Shown one piece after another: positions 8,222 to 18,163 of a DNA stretch of 64,000 nucleotides. Source of the stretch: Parcubacteria group bacterium GW2011_GWA2_51_10. Its GTDB lineage: Bacteria; Patescibacteriota; Minisyncoccia; Phycocordibacterales; UBA2100. The first letter of the stretch is position 1; each line of letters starts with the position of its first letter. The stretch lies in NCBI GenBank assembly GCA_001004265.1, contig LCQS01000017.1:2530-66529 (forward strand), given 5' to 3'. The notes below the pieces were generated by a model, which saw only the letters and a program-made list of their open reading frames with translations, did not search any database and was not told where the DNA came from. The translations under genes and the position numbers were made by a program.

Positions 8222-8908
8222 CTAGCGGACAGCCCAGAAGTTCACAGAGGTTCCGTTCAATGTCGTGTTGCCGTTATTGCTGTCCATATCCGTGTTGAGT
8301 ACACGCAGATGGACGGTCCCCGCCGTTGCACTGGACGAAGCTGCCTGAATCACGAAGCTGCTCTCGAATGAGCTTGTCGCCTGAACGAGTACTCTGTAGC
8401 TGTTCGTAAGACCCGTAGCCCCCGTGCAATCCACATATTTCGTCGTGGACGCGGTAAAGCTTGTCACGTCAGCAAACGAACAAAAGCCAAATACCATCCC
8501 ATTAATGGTGCTGACGCGATCGTCTCCGACACGTAGTGCCGTCGTCGAAGCGGCAGTCCCTATGGAGAGCGTGCCATCTATCTCGGCGTCTCCCTCAACA
8601 CCAAGCTCATCTGCGCCGACATCACCAATCTGATCGAATGTAGCGCCAGTGCCGATGCGAAGTTGCGTGAAATACGCGTTCGCGGTTACGCTGTCTGCTA
8701 CAGTGTCTCCAAACGTAAGATCTCCCCATGTCGTAACGGCCCCCGTGACTTGGAGCGTCGTTGATGCATTAATCGCGCCACCAGTAGTTATGCTCGTGCT
8801 GATGGTCGTCGCTCCTTGAACGAACGCCACAACGACAAATACTCCCGCTACGACCGCAATCGTCATGTAGGCAAGACGGCGGTCAAGAACAAACCATGAT
8901 TTCTTCAT
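8222..8908 (-). CDS. membrane-anchored Thr/Gly-rich surface protein (hypothetical, pilin-like composition)
   Basis: 228 aa. N-terminal TM segment YMTIAVVAGVFVVVAFV. Remainder is Thr/Ser/Gly-rich and beta-like. Confidence 0.45.
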   Translation of the reverse strand: MKKSWFVLDRRLAYMTIAVVAGVFVVVAFVQGATTISTSITTGGAINASTTLQVTGAVTTWGDLTFGDTVADSVTANAYFTQLRIGTGATFDQIGDVGADELGVEGDAEIDGTLSIGTAASTTALRVGDDRVSTINGMVFGFCSFADVTSFTASTTKYVDCTGATGLTNSYRVLVQATSSFESSFVIQAASSSATAGTVHLRVLNTDMDSNNGNTTLNGTSVNFWAVR

Positions 8909-9107
8909 AGTATTTTCATGTTTATGATTAAAAAAATGCCCTCGTAATATAGCGTGGCGATCCTGCGGATCTTCCGCACCATTGCTCTGATGCTACACCC
9001 CCTATTGCCCCGTCAAGCTTAGCGGGCCTTTTTTAGTGGATAACTCGCAACCAGTGCGCAGAACCGGACGATATTTAAATATTTCAAAATGACAGGAGGG
9101 ATCCGGC

Positions 9108-9806
9108 CTATTGCGATACGCGAGAAATTTCTAGATCGAGCTGCTGCATGATTTGCGTCTCTTTTATCCCTTTTGCCATATCTCTAGCTTGAGTGTAATA
9201 GGTACGCGCATTCGGTAGATCACCCTTATCTTCGAAATATCTCGCGAGCATCGTCGTAAGGTCAATGCTGCCTCGCACATCAACCTTAGATATTCCCTCT
9301 TTTAAAATCTCGATTGCAGAATCTGTGTCTTGTTTGTAGACATAGCGATACATCTCGTGCAAATCGGAATAGTTCATCGAAAGCGATGGGTTCGCCTCTA
9401 TCGCTTTACGATAGTATCGCTCTGCCGCAGGGTAGTCCTTTTTTGTATGGAAATGGTATTCGGCGATATTGTGGAGCGATATCGCATCGGATGGATTCTT
9501 CGCGACGAGGTACTCCCAAACCTCGAGAGCGCCTTCGTAGTCGTTCACCATCTTGTAGTAGATGGCGAGATCAAGCCATGCTGCGGTATTCTCGGGATTC
9601 GTCTCTATACTCTCTTTAATCTTTGCAAGGTTCTCCGTATATACCGTGCGCGCATTCTCTGCAAAATCAGCCGGGAAAACCGTTGGTCGGTCAAGCGAAG
9701 GCGGCGCATTAGATAGAAGACCCCCCGACCGAGAAAACAAGAAGGCGCCTACGAGTAAAACGATCACAATACCGACTATCACGATAAACTGATTATTTTT
9801 TGTCAT
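9108..9806 (-). CDS. TPR-repeat protein with N-terminal TM anchor
   Basis: Start placed at the internal Met MTKNNQFIVIVGIVIVLLVG. Several TPR-like repeats (AAWLDLAIYYKMVNDYEGALEVWEYLVAKNP...). Confidence 0.6.
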   Translation of the reverse strand: MTKNNQFIVIVGIVIVLLVGAFLFSRSGGLLSNAPPSLDRPTVFPADFAENARTVYTENLAKIKESIETNPENTAAWLDLAIYYKMVNDYEGALEVWEYLVAKNPSDAISLHNIAEYHFHTKKDYPAAERYYRKAIEANPSLSMNYSDLHEMYRYVYKQDTDSAIEILKEGISKVDVRGSIDLTTMLARYFEDKGDLPNARTYYTQARDMAKGIKETQIMQQLDLEISRVSQ

Positions 9807-9835
9807 GTGCGAATTGTACTGGAAAAATATTTCAA

Positions 9836-9870
9836 CGCAAAACCCCCCACTTTCTTTCGAAAGTGGGGGG
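9836..9870 (-). terminator. rho-independent terminator of the giant surface-protein gene
   Basis: ccccccactttc-tttcg-aaagtgggggg, an 11-bp stem with a U-run on the minus strand. Confidence 0.7.
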
Positions 9871-9977
9871 TTCGCATTCTCGTGTTGTCGCCACGAGGGT
9901 CTGCCTACGCCGAGGCCTCGGCAAGGCAAGGAGCGGTTCGGATATCAGCAATATGCTGAACCCGAACGGACCCTAGG

Positions 9978-12900
9978 TTACTTGGACAATGTCCATCCAG
10001 CCGTACCCGTTGATGGGAGGCCCGGGACCCCGTACCCGCTCGCCCAGTCGAGCTTCGCGCGAGCAAGTGCGCTCGTGGATTCGGTGGTCGTAGAGTTCGG
10101 AGACCAGATGAAGTTGTCGCCCGCCGATAGTGCATCGATTGTCGCCTCGTCGCTCATCAAAGTCGAGAGAGACGGGTAATCGCTGTCACCCACGAGCTTC
10201 GCGGTGATGAAGCCCGAGAATGTACCAGTACCGGCTGTGAGCGTAACATCCGCCACTACCTTGAAGTAGTAGGTCGTGCCATTCGGGATATCAAGGACGC
10301 TCGAAAGTTCGAACTCGTTGTCTCCCGTGGGGCCTACACCATCGGTGCCATCATAGATGAGACCGTTCGTGAAGCCAGGCACACCCTGCGACATTCCCGA
10401 ATCAGTGAAGGCGTAGACGTCGAAGTTCTCTACGGTAGTCGTGCCCGAAACCGAGCTTCCTGTTGACGAAGCGGCATTGATCGTGATCTCGCTCAATTGG
10501 ATACCGAGATCAGCTTGACCCATGTTTCCGCTTGCAGTGATGCTGAATCGCAAGAGCTCGATGTTCGTTCCGCCGACAAGTGTCGTCGAAGGCGAGTTGA
10601 GCTGTGCGATCGTCGGATACGAGCGGAACATACGCACGCCAGATACTGCCGTGTCGCTCGTAGTTGTGGAGCAAACCTGCGCACCTGACGATTGGCCGTA
10701 TGCCCTTGTCGAACAGCCGCCCGCAGAAACGGACGATTCCTGATCGTAGTCTACTTGGATTAAGACACCCGAGTCGCCTGGCTGGCCTGTGCCGATGTCG
10801 GCAAGGTCACCCTTGACGGTGAGTGTCTTGAAGCCGTTCGACGGAATGACCACTGTGCTGCCCGACGCGATTGTCGAGGTTGCGTATCGATCCGATCCGG
10901 AAAATGTCGCCGTACCGACCTGCGTCGCGCCATCCCACAGAGTGACCTGTACGAGGTCAGCCGGAGTGGAGCTGGCAGCGACATTGGACATAACGAGTCC
11001 AACGCGATCAAGCCGCATGTCCTCGTTGGTCCCATTAAAGCGAAGAACGCCGAGCGTCACATTGGATGTGCCGCCTGCTGCAATCGTGTAGGACGGACTC
11101 GAAGAGTCTTTCGCTACAGTGAGTGCGCCACCCGACTGAATCGTCATTGTGTTTCCATCAGTCAGAGCAGACGACGGAGTCGTCGGCGTAATCGTCGAGC
11201 CGGAAGCAACGCCAGTACCAGAGAAGGTAGTGTCGCCACTCGACGTGTTGAGATCCCATGCGAAGGCACCAGAGCTGGCGCTTCCTGGGACGTCACAGCG
11301 AATTCCTATGATCTTTGTTGCGCCTTTCGGTACAACGAGGTTCGTGGAGAACGTGAATGTCACGTCTTCATCAGAATCCGTAATTAAGCGGTTCACAGCT
11401 GTATCCGTGAGGCGCGTGGCGCCGTCAAACGCATTACAGTTGGTCGCAGCGCCACCGACGAGGGTCGTTACCTCATCCCAGTAGAACTTCGCCGACGTGA
11501 ATTTCACATCCTCTCCGGATGCTGTCGCGTTGAAGTTGTATTGTGCTACCAGTAAACCTGTCGCACCTGCAACCACGTTTTGCGCGGCCGGAGATGAGTT
11601 GATCGATACCGCTACCGAACCAGCGCGGACCGTCATGGTGTTACCCGTGACAGCCGACGAAAGCGTGGAGAGCGAGATCGTGTCTCCCGTCGTTGCGCCC
11701 TTAACCGTTGTCCAGTCTGTCGACGGAGTCGTCGAAGCCTGGATCGTGTCGGCGTTTGCGAAGTCGGTGCCAAGCTTACCCTTAAGGGTATAGATGTGTC
11801 TGCCGACGGGGAACGTTATAGTATCCGTGAACGTCACCTTTGAATCTGTCGCCGGTGATGCATCGCCGTCAACGGGACCTGCAACTACAACACCGTTTTC
11901 ATCAGTGAGCGTGACGCTCGTAATGTCTGCAGCGTTTGCATTGCCGCCGGTGATGCCGAAGTTGAAGATCGTCTGTTGGACAGTGATTCCTTCACCCTTG
12001 ACGTCAACTACGAATCCGCCTAAAGGCTGACCCGCCGTGTTTTCTGCAACGTTCTGTGCCGGAACTTCAGACGCGCGCGAAATGCTCGTGACTGTTCCCG
12101 TGTCAACGTTGATCACAGTACCACTGAAGAATGGGGTTCCAGAAGTGAACTCGGAGCCGTTGCCTGCAGTGCCGCTTTCGCTCTGTGTAGGCGTGATGCC
12201 GTGACCGTAGACTTCGCCTACGACGTAGAGATCTGCCGCCTTATATAGGTCGAAACGAACTGTTCGGTTCGGACCGCCGACAATGTCAATCTTCACCGTG
12301 AAGTCCTTGGTAGAACCCTTGGTGATTTCGATGCCATTGCCGGGGAATGTCGCCGAGTAGTACTTGCCGTCGGAAGAAACGACCATTGAGTAGTTCGTGC
12401 CGTCAACGACGGTTACTACATTTGCGAGATCGCCTGAAGAAACAGAGCCGCCCTGGTTCCATCGGATTGATTTGACCCAGACGTCCTCTGCGCTACCTCC
12501 TGTCGCGCGGACTTCCGCTGCGATGAAGCCGGTTGTTCCGATCGACTTACCTGACCCGGCTGTCGCAAGCGATGTCGTGTCAGGGTCCGAAGGACCGACG
12601 GCCATCGCGAGCGTACCGATCGTAAGTGTGCTGTTCATCGTGTGAGAAGCACCGACTATCGGAAGTGAGCCCGATACCGTTGCAGTCGTGTTGACTCCGA
12701 TCACAGAGAGTGACCCGACCTGACCCGCGTAAGAGTCGAGGCTAGAGTTCATATCAGCTGCGACAGTGAGCATCTTGGACTGGCCCGGTTGCAGTGTTAC
12801 TGCCGCATCGAGCGTCGCTTGATGATTGGAATTTAACGTCTTGGAACTGCCGATACGCATCGTTCCGTCGAGAAGAATGAGGCCTGAGAAGACTGCATCC

Positions 12901-13568
12901 TGCGCAAGGCCCGCGCGCTCGACTGTTACGCTATTTATCGTAACAGCAGCGGAGCTGTTGTTCGTGAGAGTGACGTTCGTGAACGGAACATTCGCTGCGT
13001 TTTCAGGAGCGAGCGAGTTTGCCGGCTGCATTCCTGCCATAATCGTGACGCTTCCCGTTACGGGAGGCGTTACGGGACCTGGGCCTGGACCTGGACCAGG
13101 ACCAGGAGCTACTGTGCACAAGGCATTCGCCTTTGCGCGAGAGCTCGGACCCCAGAAACCGGTTCCTGCCGAAAGGCCGACCGGCGTCAAGATGTCGGCA
13201 GCGTATTTGTTCTGGAACTTGACGACTGCCGCCCTCGTTAATCCGCCGAAGAACGACGTCTCATTGCCCACAGAACCTGGGCCGCTTACCGCGACCTGCG
13301 TGTCAGCGAACTTGTTTAGGAATTTCTGAACTTCCATGACTTCGCCTCCCGAGTCACTTTGTTTATGATTTCTCGTGAAGGTGAAGCATGAGCTCGAGGA
13401 CGCTCCTCCTTGGAGTGCCGCGAGTTGTGCCATCAGTGAATTGATCTGTGCCTGAAGATCGGAAACGCTCTGCGCTTTTGCCGGAGCGGCAAATGCAAAC
13501 GAGAGACCGATAACGAGGCCGAAGCCAACGAGCACTGTGGCAACATTTGTTGCTAATGCTTTACTCAT
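9978..13568 (-). CDS. giant (about 1200-aa) cell-surface protein with N-terminal signal/TM, PG-binding-like domain, (PG)n linker and Thr/Ser/Gly-rich beta repeats
   Basis: Start placed at MSKALATNVATVLVGFGLVIGLSFAFAAPAKAQ. LQAQINSLMAQLAALQGG plus CFTFTRNHKQSDSGGEVMEVQKFLNKF...FGGLTRAAVVKFQNKY is PG_binding_1-like. PGPGPGPGPGP linker. Paralogous to 7324..8190. Confidence 0.7.
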   Translation of the reverse strand: MSKALATNVATVLVGFGLVIGLSFAFAAPAKAQSVSDLQAQINSLMAQLAALQGGASSSSCFTFTRNHKQSDSGGEVMEVQKFLNKFADTQVAVSGPGSVGNETSFFGGLTRAAVVKFQNKYAADILTPVGLSAGTGFWGPSSRAKANALCTVAPGPGPGPGPGPVTPPVTGSVTIMAGMQPANSLAPENAANVPFTNVTLTNNSSAAVTINSVTVERAGLAQDAVFSGLILLDGTMRIGSSKTLNSNHQATLDAAVTLQPGQSKMLTVAADMNSSLDSYAGQVGSLSVIGVNTTATVSGSLPIVGASHTMNSTLTIGTLAMAVGPSDPDTTSLATAGSGKSIGTTGFIAAEVRATGGSAEDVWVKSIRWNQGGSVSSGDLANVVTVVDGTNYSMVVSSDGKYYSATFPGNGIEITKGSTKDFTVKIDIVGGPNRTVRFDLYKAADLYVVGEVYGHGITPTQSESGTAGNGSEFTSGTPFFSGTVINVDTGTVTSISRASEVPAQNVAENTAGQPLGGFVVDVKGEGITVQQTIFNFGITGGNANAADITSVTLTDENGVVVAGPVDGDASPATDSKVTFTDTITFPVGRHIYTLKGKLGTDFANADTIQASTTPSTDWTTVKGATTGDTISLSTLSSAVTGNTMTVRAGSVAVSINSSPAAQNVVAGATGLLVAQYNFNATASGEDVKFTSAKFYWDEVTTLVGGAATNCNAFDGATRLTDTAVNRLITDSDEDVTFTFSTNLVVPKGATKIIGIRCDVPGSASSGAFAWDLNTSSGDTTFSGTGVASGSTITPTTPSSALTDGNTMTIQSGGALTVAKDSSSPSYTIAAGGTSNVTLGVLRFNGTNEDMRLDRVGLVMSNVAASSTPADLVQVTLWDGATQVGTATFSGSDRYATSTIASGSTVVIPSNGFKTLTVKGDLADIGTGQPGDSGVLIQVDYDQESSVSAGGCSTRAYGQSSGAQVCSTTTSDTAVSGVRMFRSYPTIAQLNSPSTTLVGGTNIELLRFSITASGNMGQADLGIQLSEITINAASSTGSSVSGTTTVENFDVYAFTDSGMSQGVPGFTNGLIYDGTDGVGPTGDNEFELSSVLDIPNGTTYYFKVVADVTLTAGTGTFSGFITAKLVGDSDYPSLSTLMSDEATIDALSAGDNFIWSPNSTTTESTSALARAKLDWASGYGVPGLPSTGTAGWTLSK

Positions 13569-14135
13569 AGTTTTTATATTGACCTTTGTATCCCTTACCA
13601 CTTTCGGATATCCAATGGATGCGAAATTGCAACCTGTTGAAAATCCTAAAGTGGTAAGGGACCGCACACGCATTCTTTCGACGAGAATGCACGTGCGTTG
13701 TGTGTCTTCTAATAATTACACCTAATAACCGAAGACAAACTAATAATTCATACTGACACGAGCGAATCTTTTTTATTCGTGCGCCAGTAATTTGCTAGCC
13801 CCTGTTACTCGCCTTAGGCAGTACAGCGGATTAGCACCAGTAAGGAATTTTGTCATGCTGTCATTCAGCCGATGCGGGACAATATACTGAAAAATTTCTG
13901 TATCGAAGATGAAGCAAGATGAAGATAAATAGTCGTGCGGACAAAAAGCCGCATTTTTTCGTTGCACTATTCAATTATCAAAGAGCTGAAAGAGTACACA
14001 CTGCACGACGCGCATGGCTGCGGCATCTTACAGAACGCCCTTCCTTTGCCGAAAGGGCATCGCCGCAATTATATACCAGCAGCGTCTATGCTGCTTCAAT
14101 TCGCCCTCCCCCACTTTGGGGATAACTCATGAGAA

Positions 14136-14166
14136 GAAAAAACGCCCAGACTGGGCTCTTTTTTCG
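14136..14166. terminator. bidirectional rho-independent terminator
   Basis: A-run, then gcccag-act-ctgggc-like hairpin, then T-run. Lies downstream of minus-strand gene 14309..15100. Confidence 0.55.
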
Positions 14167-14308
14167 ACTCTAAGTTACCCCGAGAGAATACGCCACCGCG
14201 ACATGGCAGTCAACCCCGTCAGAATCAGGCACATTTTGGGTCTCCTCGGCAAAAGTGCCGCCTTATTGAGCCACATTGCTGGCGTCCATTGCATGCACAA
14301 TAAACGCT

Positions 14309-15100
14309 CTAGGCGAGCGAGTATTTGCTCCAACGCTTTCGACCTGTCTTCACCACGCGGCTTTTTGCAGCAAGATCGACAAGTTCCCGCTGAATCATTT
14401 TCTCGCTGTATTCGGGCAGATTTGAAGCAATATCTCTAATTCCAAATTGACCTCCGAGGCGCAATACATCTAATACTGCCCTCGCTCGCGGACTAAACTG
14501 CTCTCCCGATTCCCCTTTCAATTGGACGCCCGACTTGTCCTTTACAGTAACACTGTCCGATATGCTCCTGTCCTTTATGTCCGATATGGATTTAAGGCCT
14601 ACGCTTGCTGATCTATCAGAATGGACAATTTGTCCTTCGACAGGCATAAGGTCGTCTTTTGAAATGGTAATTCTGTCCGCGAAGCCGGACCGCTGGGAGA
14701 CATTCAAGAAATTCCCCAAATCATCGAGGGCCTCAACGATCACCTCCGCATTTTGTAATGAAACGTAACCTGCGATGGTAAATGTTCTCACTAAAGAAAT
14801 GAGGTGCCGGAGTGTCGCATGAGCTCGTCGAATTCTCGTTGATCCAGAAATGCGCATGCCATCCCTGAGGAGCAATATGTCCGACAAAAGGCGGAGTGCA
14901 ACGGCTCGGGCCATTTCTCGAACTGGTTCCCCCTGAGGAACGTGATTAGATATGAGGTGTATCGCCCCTACGATTCTTTCAGCTCTTCTATAGGCTTTCT
15001 CGCCCGAGGTATTCCGGCCAAAAGGATTCGTACGGACAACGTGAGTATCGAGAAATCGCGCTATTTCATCATGCATTTTCGTGTCTCTTACGTTGTCCAT
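14309..15100 (-). CDS. hypothetical protein with C-terminal winged-helix DNA-binding domain
   Basis: 263 aa. C-terminal SPRARAVLDVLRLGGQFGIRDIASNLPEYSEKMIQRELVDLAAKSRVVKTGRKRWSKYSL resembles wHTH regulators. The N-terminal alpha domain is unknown. Confidence 0.5.
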   Translation of the reverse strand: MDNVRDTKMHDEIARFLDTHVVRTNPFGRNTSGEKAYRRAERIVGAIHLISNHVPQGEPVREMARAVALRLLSDILLLRDGMRISGSTRIRRAHATLRHLISLVRTFTIAGYVSLQNAEVIVEALDDLGNFLNVSQRSGFADRITISKDDLMPVEGQIVHSDRSASVGLKSISDIKDRSISDSVTVKDKSGVQLKGESGEQFSPRARAVLDVLRLGGQFGIRDIASNLPEYSEKMIQRELVDLAAKSRVVKTGRKRWSKYSLA

Positions 15101-15266
15101 GATGTCTGTATGAATCGATGTCCATTGGAGGTCTTAACGGACAAGATATGTACATTTGAGATTATATATCGGTCAGGAAGCGACGCAACGACCTCGACTG
15201 CGTTTCTGACTTCGCCTTCTGTGACCCTTCAAAAGGTAAGAAGAGCGCACATGGTATGATGTTCGA

Positions 15267-17525
15267 GTGAAGAAAAAAAATCGCAGTAAAAAAACGAGTG
15301 GAGCAGAAAATGATGACGAGATAGCGCACGAACGTCGAGTCAGTGGTGAAGCGCTCCGTGGAGTTTCGGCAGTTTTTTTTGTAGCAACAGCGACTTTCCT
15401 CATTCTCGCGCCGTTTGATATAGCAGGAAAGGCCGGATCGCTTCTCTACACGTACCTTTCATGGTTATTGGGCGTTGGTTATTTTCTTCTACCGCTTTCG
15501 CTCGTGCTGCTTGCGGTTTTGATATTCAAATCATTTGAAAAAAGTTTTGGAGTTATACAGCTCGCGAGTATGTTCGTTTTTTTGCTCTCCGGTTTAGGTA
15601 TGATAAATCTCGCTTTTCCGGGAGACGGAGGCGTCTTGGGCGCAGCAGTTACGAAACCTATGGTCGCGACAATCGATACGGCGGCCACCGTCATCTTTCT
15701 CGTCGCATTTACGATCGCATCGCTCGTCCTTGCGTTTGACATCCATCTCGGAGCGGTCCTTGTCTCTCTCCAAGAGCGATTGCGCGGCATTCGGAAGACC
15801 GGGGATGTTTCTGACGATATCTCACTCGCCCCAGTCATCGGATTGCCTGAAGGAATTGGGATCACAGAGGATGAAAGTCTGCGCGATCAATCAGGAGAGA
15901 GCGCCGCACCATCACCCGATACAAAGGCATTGGGCACGGACAAGTTGTGGCCCAAAAAAGATAGCGGGGATGGTTTTTCTGTTATTCTCGCGACGGGAAG
16001 CGCGTACACGCCGCCGCCCCTTTCGATCTTGAGTAAGAACAGGGGGAAGCCGGAGGTAGGTGACGTGAAGGCGAACATGAATATTATCAAGCGCACGCTC
16101 CAAAATTTCGGCATCCAAGTTGAGATGGATGAGGCATCGATTGGGCCGACGGTAACGCGCTATGCCATGAAGCCTGCAGAAGGTGTTCGACTTTCGAAAA
16201 TAGTCGCACTCCAAAGCAATTTGGAGCTCGCGCTCGCCGCTTCCCCGCTGCGTATCGAGGCGCCAATACCCGGAAAATCTCTCGTGGGAGTCGAGGTGCC
16301 GAACATATCACGGACAACGCTTGGGCTTGCACCGCTCCTGTCTGATACTGCGTTCGTGCAATCGGACAAACCTCTCCTCCTATCTCTTGGGCGTTCAATT
16401 ACAGGAATGCCTCATTTTGCGGATCTCGCGCGAATGCCACACATTCTGGTGGCGGGCGCCACGGGCGCGGGTAAGTCGGTGACGATACATAATTTTATTG
16501 TCTCAATGCTCTATCGCTGCGGACCGGAGCGTTTGCGCTTCATTATGATTGATCCGAAGAGGGTTGAGCTCACCGTATATAATTCTATACCTCATCTCTT
16601 AACGCCAGTCATCACTGACGCCAAGAAAGCAATACTCGCAATCAAATGGCTCGCAAAGGAAATGGAACGCCGCTACAACATCCTCGAGACTGAAGCAGTG
16701 CGTGACATCGCTTCGTATCATCAAAACGTCGTCGCACCGGCGCTTGAGAAAGCTGCGAAAAAAGGGAGCGAGCAAGCCCTGCCGGAGGCGATGCCGTATA
16801 TCGTGGTCATTATTGACGAACTTGCCGACATGATGTCGGCATATCCGCGCGAGCTTGAAAGCGGCGTCGTGCGCCTCGCACAGATGAGCCGCGCAGTGGG
16901 CATACATCTAATACTTTCCACACAAAGGCCGTCGGTCAAGGTCATCACCGGGCTTATCAAAGCGAACATTCCGGCTCGTGTGGCGCTCCAGGTTGCCTCC
17001 CAAATCGACTCCCGCACTATTCTCGATACGGGAGGCGCCGAAAAGCTGCTCGGGGCGGGAGACACGCTCTTCCTCTCTGGAGAGATGTCGAAGCCAAGAC
17101 GCATCCAGGCACCGTTTACATCAGAGGCAGAAGTCAAGCGTGTCGTTGCTCATATCGCTGCGGGAAGCGAGGGCATTTTGCCGAGCGAAATAGATTTCAG
17201 CGAAACAAGAAACGACACGGACTCATTATTCTCTTCGATGATAGAGAGCGATGGTGACGACGATGCACTATATGGGGAAGCAAAGCAAGCCGTCGTGGAA
17301 GCGGGCAAAGCGTCAACGTCGTACTTGCAGAGAAAATTGCGTGTCGGCTACGCACGGGCTGCGCGCCTCATCGACCTTTTGGAGGAGCGCGGCGTCATCG
17401 GTCCTGGCGATGGCGCACGACCACGCGAAATAATCGGCCTGCCTGCCGGCAGGCAGGCGCTGGACAACGCGGATGAACTTGTCGCTACCGCCGAAAAAGA
17501 AGACGGGTTTGACGAGCGATTATGA
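15267..17525 (+). CDS. ftsK: DNA translocase FtsK/SpoIIIE
   Basis: 752 aa. N-terminal TM helices. Walker A GATGAGKSVTIHNFIVSML, IMIDPKRVEL, and the FtsK motor motifs. GTG start. Confidence 0.9.
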   Translation: MKKKNRSKKTSGAENDDEIAHERRVSGEALRGVSAVFFVATATFLILAPFDIAGKAGSLLYTYLSWLLGVGYFLLPLSLVLLAVLIFKSFEKSFGVIQLASMFVFLLSGLGMINLAFPGDGGVLGAAVTKPMVATIDTAATVIFLVAFTIASLVLAFDIHLGAVLVSLQERLRGIRKTGDVSDDISLAPVIGLPEGIGITEDESLRDQSGESAAPSPDTKALGTDKLWPKKDSGDGFSVILATGSAYTPPPLSILSKNRGKPEVGDVKANMNIIKRTLQNFGIQVEMDEASIGPTVTRYAMKPAEGVRLSKIVALQSNLELALAASPLRIEAPIPGKSLVGVEVPNISRTTLGLAPLLSDTAFVQSDKPLLLSLGRSITGMPHFADLARMPHILVAGATGAGKSVTIHNFIVSMLYRCGPERLRFIMIDPKRVELTVYNSIPHLLTPVITDAKKAILAIKWLAKEMERRYNILETEAVRDIASYHQNVVAPALEKAAKKGSEQALPEAMPYIVVIIDELADMMSAYPRELESGVVRLAQMSRAVGIHLILSTQRPSVKVITGLIKANIPARVALQVASQIDSRTILDTGGAEKLLGAGDTLFLSGEMSKPRRIQAPFTSEAEVKRVVAHIAAGSEGILPSEIDFSETRNDTDSLFSSMIESDGDDDALYGEAKQAVVEAGKASTSYLQRKLRVGYARAARLIDLLEERGVIGPGDGARPREIIGLPAGRQALDNADELVATAEKEDGFDERL

Positions 17526-17737
17526 GTTTCACTGTATTCTATTCTTATCCCGGCAGCACTTTTGCAAAACGTGTTCAGATCGTATCAACGTACGCAAATT
17601 CGCAGGCAGCCGAGGCAGCGCGCTTCGCCCAGCAAGGTATGGCCTATTCGGCCACGCGCGCTGCATGTGATATAGCGGCAAAAGTGCAGCGGGATGTAAG
17701 ACTTTCTAAGCTCATTACATTCGCTAACAAAATCTAA
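17522..17737 (+). CDS. small hypothetical protein (overlaps the ftsK stop by 4 nt)
   Basis: 71-aa ORF in an ATGA overlap. No motifs. Confidence 0.25.
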   Translation: MSFTVFYSYPGSTFAKRVQIVSTYANSQAAEAARFAQQGMAYSATRAACDIAAKVQRDVRLSKLITFANKI

Positions 17738-17738
17738 C

Positions 17739-18137
17739 ATGTTACCCTACCGAGACAGCACGTTCGCGCGAATCGCATTTGGGATCTTCTTTCTCGTTGT
17801 TATTTTGTACGCATACTTCGAAGCGCGCGGATTGGTCTATGGGCCGAGAATTACAGTGCCGTCGGAGACAATGATTGTCCAGGACCCTTTTATAGAGATC
17901 ACTGGGAAAGCGGAGCGCATCGCAACGCTCGCGATGAACGGGAAAATTATCCCGGTGACGGAAGAAGGAGTCTTCGCAGAGGCCTATCTGCTCGCGCCCG
18001 GCTACAATCGTATCGCGCTTCGCGCGGAAGATAAGTATGGCAGATCGAAAGAGCGTTTCATTGAGATATTGTATGTGCCTGCCCCAATCCCAGAAGAGCT
18101 CGCCACCACAACAACTGCCGCAGTAGCGCCTGAATAG
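17739..18137 (+). CDS. hypothetical membrane-anchored protein
   Basis: 132 aa with an N-terminal TM segment [16 protein letters not shown]. Confidence 0.45.
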   Translation: MLPYRDSTFARIAFGIFFLVVILYAYFEARGLVYGPRITVPSETMIVQDPFIEITGKAERIATLAMNGKIIPVTEEGVFAEAYLLAPGYNRIALRAEDKYGRSKERFIEILYVPAPIPEELATTTTAAVAPE

Positions 18138-18163
18138 TCCTTGGGTATACTGAAGCGAAAGAT

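Noticed and set aside
8909-9107. Possible tRNA or ncRNA in the 200-nt spacer upstream of gene 8222..8908.
   Set aside because: No cloverleaf or T-loop motif. Only a weak hairpin plus T-run (ccccgtcaagcttagcgggccttttttag) with no upstream gene on that strand. Insufficient evidence.
10493-13329. Multiple 60-170-aa ORFs on both strands inside the giant surface-protein gene.
   Set aside because: All lie within the 3.6-kb continuous ORF 9978..13568, whose translation has a coherent signal peptide and domain architecture. The inner ORFs are frame shadows of Thr/Ser/Gly-rich codons.
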